A DNA stretch of 64,000 nucleotides from Treponemataceae bacterium. Its GTDB lineage: Bacteria > Spirochaetota > Spirochaetia > Treponematales > Rectinemataceae. The DNA is taken from contig CAXXHO010000003.1 in NCBI GenBank assembly GCA_963667725.2, positions 1,088,001 to 1,152,000 on the forward strand, in the 5' to 3' direction. The notes under the pieces were generated by a model, which saw only the letters and a program-made list of their open reading frames with translations, searched no databases and was not told the DNA's origin. Shown here piece by piece: positions 58,897 through 64,000 of the stretch. Every line of letters starts with the position of its first letter. Position 1 is the stretch's first letter. A program made the position numbers and the translations under genes.

Positions 58897-59655
58897 ATGC
58901 GAATTCTTCTGACAAACGATGACGGCATCGACGCCGAAGGGCTCGATGTCCTTGAAAGCTATCTGAAAGCGGTGACCGCGAGCGATGGGAAAAAGCACGA
59001 AATTGTCGTCATCGCGCCCGAGGGTGAGCGTTCCGGCGTTTCCCACGCCATGACGCTGAGACGTCCGACTAAAGTGAAAAAACTCTCAGAGGGCATCTAC
59101 ACCTGTTCGGGTACGCCCGCGGACTGCGTCATCGTCGCCGGCCTCAAGGTCATGGACGGTATGCCCGATCTCGTGATCTCTGGGATAAACAGAGGCCCCA
59201 ATCTCGGCACCGATATTATCTATTCGGGGACATGCGGCGCCGCAAGGCAGGCTGCTCTCGTTGGAATCCCGGCCATTGCCGTTTCCTGCGCGAAATATCA
59301 GCCTCCGCTCGACTATCGCGCCTGCGCCGCCTTCGTCGCCAACAATCTCGATCAGCTTATCGCGGCCTGGAAGGCCAATAGTTTCATCAATGTCAACGGC
59401 CCGTCTTCGTCGGATGAAAGCCTATCCGCGCGCTGGACCGTCCCGGGTAGGAATAAATATTATGACAACCTGAAGTGCTTCGACGGCGCCGATGGCTATA
59501 CCTACTGCTTTCTGGCCGAGGGACGCAACGAAAGAGCCTTTGACCTCCAGTCGGACCATCATGCCGTATCCGAAGGCTTCATCGCCCTAAGTCTCGTGAA
59601 CATCCATCCGGAAGCCGCGCATCCGGCCGCGTGGAACGGTTCGGTTTTCTCCTGA
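58897..59655 (+). CDS. surE: 5'/3'-nucleotidase SurE
   Basis: ILLTNDDGI, SGVSH, GTPADCV, SGINRGPNLG, YSGT. Confidence 0.96.
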   Translation: MRILLTNDDGIDAEGLDVLESYLKAVTASDGKKHEIVVIAPEGERSGVSHAMTLRRPTKVKKLSEGIYTCSGTPADCVIVAGLKVMDGMPDLVISGINRGPNLGTDIIYSGTCGAARQAALVGIPAIAVSCAKYQPPLDYRACAAFVANNLDQLIAAWKANSFINVNGPSSSDESLSARWTVPGRNKYYDNLKCFDGADGYTYCFLAEGRNERAFDLQSDHHAVSEGFIALSLVNIHPEAAHPAAWNGSVFS

Positions 59656-59665
59656 TCAGGGAAAT

Positions 59666-59711
59666 AAAGCAGCGATGGCTCTTGACGCAATCCGCTGCTT
59701 TTATGTATAGT
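59666..59711 (+). promoter_or_regulatory. tRNA-Thr/Tyr promoter overlapping a terminator-like inverted repeat after surE
   Basis: TTGACG(59682)-18 nt-TATAGT(59706); AAAGCAGCG/CGCTGCTTT arms enclose the -35. Confidence 0.55.
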
Positions 59712-59727
59712 CGGTCTCGTTGCCTGC

Positions 59728-59800
59728 GCCATCTTAGCTCAGCTGGCAGAGCACGTGACTTGTAATCTCGGGGTCCCCGGTTCGATTCCGGGAGATGGCT
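59728..59800 (+). tRNA. tRNA-Thr (TGT)
   Basis: Acceptor GCCATCT/AGATGGC, anticodon loop CTTGTAA, T-arm GGTTCGATTCC; one T-T mismatch in the anticodon stem. Confidence 0.93.
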
Positions 59801-59829
59801 CGAGGGGTGTTTCAGAAGTGCCCTGTTTT

Positions 59830-59912
59830 GGGGAGATTCCCGAGTGGTCAAAGGGGGCAGACTGTAAATCTGTTGGCTTACGCCTTCGAAGGTTCAAATC
59901 CTTCTCTCCCCA
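59830..59912 (+). tRNA. tRNA-Tyr (GTA)
   Basis: Acceptor GGGGAGA/TCTCCCC, GCAGA-CTGTAAA-TCTGT, long variable arm, GGTTCAAATCC. Confidence 0.95.
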
Positions 59913-59941
59913 AAACCTCCTCTTACCGAGGAGGTTTTTTT
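59912..59941 (+). terminator. Intrinsic terminator after tRNA-Tyr
   Basis: AAAACCTCCTC-TTACC-GAGGAGGTTTTTT. Confidence 0.85.
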
Positions 59942-59982
59942 ATTGCTGGAAAAGCAGTAACCTGTATACTCGGAGCGCCATA

Positions 59983-60447
59983 GTGTTCGAAGAAGCCAAT
60001 CGGTGCGGATTGTCGTTTGAATGCAAAGAATGTTCGTTTTGCTGCACCGGCTCTCCCGGATACGTCTGGCTCGGCCAATCTGATATAGCCCATCTTTGTG
60101 AATACCTGGAAACGGACTTCGACTCATTCGTCAGGAAGTACTGCAAATATGTCGATGTGGAGAATGGAAGGGCGCTCAGCATAAGGGAAAAGGCAGGATA
60201 CGACTGTATCTTCCTCGATGCGGGAAAATGCTCCGTCTATGCCGCCAGACCCGTTCAATGCAGAACCTATCCTTTTTGGGAAGAAATCCTTGAATCCAGC
60301 GATGCCTGGGCGGCGGAAGCATCGTACTGTCCGGGGATAGGCAAGGGCGGCCTCGTCTCGCCAGAAAAAATCGCCGAACTTGTTCTTGAGCGGAGATCCA
60401 ATCCGCGGCGCTTGTTCCCGCAAAAAGGGAGCGAGGAGAGTCTATGA
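59983..60447 (+). CDS. YkgJ-family cysteine-cluster protein
   Basis: FECKECSFCC, CIFL...CSVY.ARP.QCRTYPFW, CPGIG; start approximate (GTG after GGAG). Confidence 0.85.
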   Translation: MFEEANRCGLSFECKECSFCCTGSPGYVWLGQSDIAHLCEYLETDFDSFVRKYCKYVDVENGRALSIREKAGYDCIFLDAGKCSVYAARPVQCRTYPFWEEILESSDAWAAEASYCPGIGKGGLVSPEKIAELVLERRSNPRRLFPQKGSEESL

Positions 60448-61460
60448 TGAAGAAACCCGCGATACGGACCGGCCTTGTCATACTCGCCGCCGCCCTTCTC
60501 GTGATTGTCATTCTCGCGCTTACGTTTTCAGGGTCGGGCGGCGGCGCGGGCGCTGCCGAAAAGGTCCTGCGCATCGCGAAAGGTTCTACGGCGAGCGAAG
60601 TGGCTTCCGTGCTGCAGAGGGAACAGCTTATCCAGAACCGATTGCTGTTCCAGCTCTATCTCAGGATTACGGGAACCGACAGAAAGCTTAAGGCCGGAAC
60701 GTATAAAATTGTCCAAGGCGCCGGCATTCCCGCCATCGTCGCTGCCTTGACCGAGGGCAGGACCGTGCAGATTCAGGTGACGATACCGGAAGGTTCTACA
60801 TCCCGAGTCATAGCCGGCATCCTTGAGAAGGCCGGCGTATGCAGCAAGGATGGCTTTTTAGCCGCCGTCGGCAATCCGGCCCTGGTCGCTCAAGTCGGGA
60901 TACCCGCTTCGAGCCTCGAGGGTTTTCTCTTCCCCGACACCTACCTTTTCTCGGAGAACAGCGATCCTGAGCTGATTGCCCACGTCATGGCCCAGACGTT
61001 TTTCACAAAGCTCGAAAAAATCCGTTCAGGCAGAAAAATCGACCCGGCGAAACTCTACGAAGAGGTGATTCTCGCTTCGATTGTCGAGCGCGAATACGGC
61101 ATCGAATCGGAGGCAGGCCTCATCGCGTCGGTTTTCAAGAACAGGCTTAAAATCAATATGGCGCTTCAATCCTGCGCCACGATCGTCTACATCATCACGG
61201 AAAAACAACTGAAGCCGCATCCGCGAGTCGTCTATTACGCCGATCTGGAAATACCCGATCCTTACAACAGCTATATCCACCGCGGACTTCCTCCCGGTCC
61301 GATATCCAATCCGGGCGAAACGGCGCTGCGCGCCGTATTCAACAGCCCGCAAAGTGATTATCTTTATTTCAGGGTCACGGGGAACTCCGAAGGAACGCAT
61401 AAATTTTCTAAAACCTTCGAGGAACATACCGGTGAAGTGATACCGGTCAAAGGATTCTGA
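60444..61460 (+). CDS. mltG: Endolytic transglycosylase MltG
   Basis: N-terminal TM, VTIPEG, LEGFLFPDTY, LASIVERE, NRL, GLPPGPISNPG. Confidence 0.95.
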   Translation: MMKKPAIRTGLVILAAALLVIVILALTFSGSGGGAGAAEKVLRIAKGSTASEVASVLQREQLIQNRLLFQLYLRITGTDRKLKAGTYKIVQGAGIPAIVAALTEGRTVQIQVTIPEGSTSRVIAGILEKAGVCSKDGFLAAVGNPALVAQVGIPASSLEGFLFPDTYLFSENSDPELIAHVMAQTFFTKLEKIRSGRKIDPAKLYEEVILASIVEREYGIESEAGLIASVFKNRLKINMALQSCATIVYIITEKQLKPHPRVVYYADLEIPDPYNSYIHRGLPPGPISNPGETALRAVFNSPQSDYLYFRVTGNSEGTHKFSKTFEEHTGEVIPVKGF

Positions 61461-61466
61461 AGAGCG

Positions 61467-63296
61467 ATGAGCAGACTACCGGAAACATTGATCCAGGAAA
61501 TCCTCGATAAAACGAACTATCTCACCGTTTTTCAGGAAAAAGTAAGGCTGGCGAAAAAAGGCGGCAAATGGTGGGGGCTGTGTCCCTTCCATTCCGAAAA
61601 GACTCCTTCTTTTTCCGTCGATGCCGAGCGGGGGCTTTATTACTGTTTTGGATGCCAAAAAGGCGGATCCCTGATCGATTTCCTTATGGAAACGGACAAG
61701 CTTTCCTTTCCAGAAGCCGTCGGCGAACTCGCCGAACGCGCCCATGTCGCCTTGCCTGTGGATAATTCCTTCTCTGACAAGGAAGAATCGGAACGCAGCC
61801 AGCTTTATGCGCTCTATGAAAAATTGGCGATAGCCTTCCATTGGCTTCTGCGCGAGCACGATTCTGGCGCCGAGGCTCTGAGAATACTCACGAAGCGAAA
61901 AATACCAAGCGAACTTATAGACTCTTTCAGGTTAGGCTACGCGCCGGCCGACCCTGCCTGGCTTCATCGATTCCTCGTCGGCAAAGGTTTCTCTCCGGAA
62001 TTTCTCGAGAGAACAGGCTTTTTCTCTGCGCGCAACAAACGATATCCCCTGTTCTGCGATCGCATCATGTTCCCGATAGCCGATCAGCGGGGAAGGGTAA
62101 TCGCCTTTGGCGGAAGGCTTATCCACGGTGACGGACCCAAGTACATTAACAGCCCGGACACGGCCATTTTTCACAAACAGGAAAATCTCTTCGCTTTTGA
62201 CAAGGCGCTGCCCGCCATCAAGGAAAAAAATTCGGCGCTCATATGCGAAGGCTACATGGACGCCTTGTCATTTCACGCGGCGGGAATCAGGAATGCCGTG
62301 GCTCCGTTGGGGACGGCATTCACGACGAAACAGGCCGCGCTCATACGACGGAGGGCCGAACGCGTGTCCCTCTGCTTCGATTCGGATGACGCGGGAAAGA
62401 AGGCCGCGGAGAGAGCTTGTTCAGTCGCGGGCGGCACCGGTCTCGATACCAGCGTAGTCCTGATGTCAGAAGGAAAAGACGCATCCGAAATTCTGGAGAA
62501 TTTTGGAGCCGACGCATTGAAAAAGGTTGCGGAATACAGTATAAATAGCGGAGATTTCCTTATTCGAAGAGCAGAAGAGCTTTTCGATCTGGGATCCATG
62601 GATGGCAAATCCAAGGCATCGGTGTTTTTCTATCCGTACCTTGACGCTCTGGATTCAGAGGTAAAGCGCAACGGTTTCCTTGATATCGTGGGCCGCAGGA
62701 TGGGAATCAACCCAAGCGGACTGTTGACGGATTATCTGAAGGCTAAGGCTATAGACGGCAACCAAGCCTTCCGGAACGGAAAAGATGATTCCGTTCCTCG
62801 CCGAACCGGAAATTTTGGGGCGAGAACAGCCGACCTTTTTTTCATGACGGCCGTCGTCCTGTTTCCTGAGGCTTTTTCGCAGGTAAAAGAATCGATACGT
62901 TCCGACGACCTGGACGATCCGCGTGCCCGGGATCTTTTTTTCGCTCTCGAGGAAGCATCCATTCGCGATGCAAAGGAGACCACCTCGATTCTCTCCTTAA
63001 CAAACGATGACGCCGCAAAACGCTTTGTCCTTGCCGTTGCGGCATCCGGTGAGCTGGATCAGGGGCTGGAAACCGTCATAAGCGACGGGATAAAGTCTGT
63101 CCAGATCCGATCGCTGGAAAGGAAACGAATGCGCCTAATCGCGGAAATTGGCCGTACATCGCAAAAAAACGGCGATGCTTCGTTAATGGCGGAGACCTCT
63201 TCTGCCGAAATTCAGGAAACCGTGGTTGATCTGTTGAAAAAAAAGATGCAACTTGATGTTAAAATCGCACGTTTAAAAGGTGAAGTCGATGAGTGA
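61467..63296 (+). CDS. dnaG: DNA primase
   Basis: CPFHSEKTPSF..CFGC zinc finger, PKYINSP, TOPRIM EGYMD, FDSDDAG. Confidence 0.97.
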   Translation: MSRLPETLIQEILDKTNYLTVFQEKVRLAKKGGKWWGLCPFHSEKTPSFSVDAERGLYYCFGCQKGGSLIDFLMETDKLSFPEAVGELAERAHVALPVDNSFSDKEESERSQLYALYEKLAIAFHWLLREHDSGAEALRILTKRKIPSELIDSFRLGYAPADPAWLHRFLVGKGFSPEFLERTGFFSARNKRYPLFCDRIMFPIADQRGRVIAFGGRLIHGDGPKYINSPDTAIFHKQENLFAFDKALPAIKEKNSALICEGYMDALSFHAAGIRNAVAPLGTAFTTKQAALIRRRAERVSLCFDSDDAGKKAAERACSVAGGTGLDTSVVLMSEGKDASEILENFGADALKKVAEYSINSGDFLIRRAEELFDLGSMDGKSKASVFFYPYLDALDSEVKRNGFLDIVGRRMGINPSGLLTDYLKAKAIDGNQAFRNGKDDSVPRRTGNFGARTADLFFMTAVVLFPEAFSQVKESIRSDDLDDPRARDLFFALEEASIRDAKETTSILSLTNDDAAKRFVLAVAASGELDQGLETVISDGIKSVQIRSLERKRMRLIAEIGRTSQKNGDASLMAETSSAEIQETVVDLLKKKMQLDVKIARLKGEVDE

Positions 63297-64000
63297 TGTA
63301 GAACTCGACCCCGCCATCGCGAAGCTGCTCGAATACGCGAAAGAAAAAAAGTCCATCAGCTTCGATGAACTCTCTGATTTTCTTCCTGAGTCTGTTCTAA
63401 ATTCCGAGAAGATAGATTCGATCCTCGCCCTGCTGGAAGCCAACAACATCCAGCTGGAAGAAGAGGATATCCAGATCGAAGACGAGCAGACGCTCAAGAA
63501 GGAACTGGAGAACAAGCGTCTGGTCAACAACTCGAAGGAATCGGGCAGCGACGACCCCATACGCCTCTATCTTTACGAGATAGGTAAGGAACATCTGCTC
63601 ACGGCGGATCAGGAAGTCGAACTTTCCAAGATGATGGAGGAAGGCGAAGAGATAATCAAAGCCATACTCCGCAGGTCCGGCATGCTCATTCCCGAGTTCT
63701 ACCAGCTCACCGTCAAGGCTTTGCGCAAGGAAGCGAAAGACTCCACGGGGCAGCGCAAGGAAAATACGGAAAAGATCGCGGAGCGCAGGAGACTTAATCA
63801 GTTCTACCGCGATGTCATACGCGACAATCTCGCCGACCTCCGCGATTATGTGGATCTTAAGAAGAAAATCCTTGCCAAGGGCGGGGATATATTCACCGAA
63901 GGCGATCTCGTAAAAAAAAGAGAAGTGCTTCTCGAAAAGATCAAGGATACGGAGATACACCCCGAGGAAATCGGCTCTTTCTCCGAAAAATTCATAAACG
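63289..64000 (+). CDS. rpoD: RNA polymerase primary sigma factor RpoD (3' truncated; absent from the ORF track)
   Basis: ATG 63289 gives MSDVELDPAIAKLLEYAKEKKSISFDEL (region 1.1) and DDPIRLYLYEIGKEHLLTADQEVEL (region 1.2); follows dnaG. Confidence 0.93.
   Translation, partial: MSDVELDPAIAKLLEYAKEKKSISFDELSDFLPESVLNSEKIDSILALLEANNIQLEEEDIQIEDEQTLKKELENKRLVNNSKESGSDDPIRLYLYEIGKEHLLTADQEVELSKMMEEGEEIIKAILRRSGMLIPEFYQLTVKALRKEAKDSTGQRKENTEKIAERRRLNQFYRDVIRDNLADLRDYVDLKKKILAKGGDIFTEGDLVKKREVLLEKIKDTEIHPEEIGSFSEKFIN

Noticed and set aside
59754..59770. T-T mismatch in the tRNA-Thr anticodon stem, and no encoded CCA on any of the four tRNAs
   Set aside because: A single stem mismatch and post-transcriptional CCA addition are both common; neither indicates a pseudogene.
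57111..59912. tRNA genes as integration sites for a genomic island
   Set aside because: No integrase or duplicated tRNA 3' end was seen, and the intervening genes are mostly housekeeping; the lone orphan ORF is reported separately.
59755..59982. N-terminal extension of the YkgJ-family ORF in the ORF track
   Set aside because: It runs through tRNA-Thr, tRNA-Tyr and their terminator; the real start is near 59983.

Overview
A GC-rich core-genome window from a spirochaete. Gene order and sequences (spoVG-rplY-tilS-ftsH, tsf-frr without pyrH, LoaP, secA opposite a spirochaete-type lipoprotein) suggest a Treponema/Rectinema-like Spirochaetota; this is inferred. It holds about 55 CDS, mostly housekeeping: mfd (partial), ligA, argS, rplU-rpmA-obgE-nadD-yqeK-LCP-rsfS, ispE-spoVG-tRNA-Gln-rplY-tilS-ftsH, an HtrA-like protease, a hybrid kinase, secA-rqcH-ABC transporter, nnr, xseAB, hrpA, hisS-trmB, rpsF-ssb-rpsR-rplI-dnaB, rpsB-tsf-frr-uppS-cdsA-dxr-rseP, maf, galK-like-surE and mltG-dnaG-rpoD (partial). 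There are four tRNAs (Gln-TTG, Arg-CCG, Thr-TGT, Tyr-GTA). I saw no CRISPR array, transposase, integrase or prophage. The best candidates for undescribed biology are: (1) a coupled five-gene operon led by a LoaP-type antiterminator, encoding a xanthine-dehydrogenase-like complex whose large subunit has lost most molybdenum-cofactor motifs, plus an RsmI-like methyltransferase; (2) a separately transcribed 111-aa poly-Asp protein with periodic aromatic residues; (3) a recurrent leaderless-mRNA promoter layout on several genes; (4) a ribosomal protein bL27 with a shortened N-terminal tail; (5) an internally duplicated palindrome between divergent promoters at secA. All calls come from reading motifs by eye; no database searches were run.
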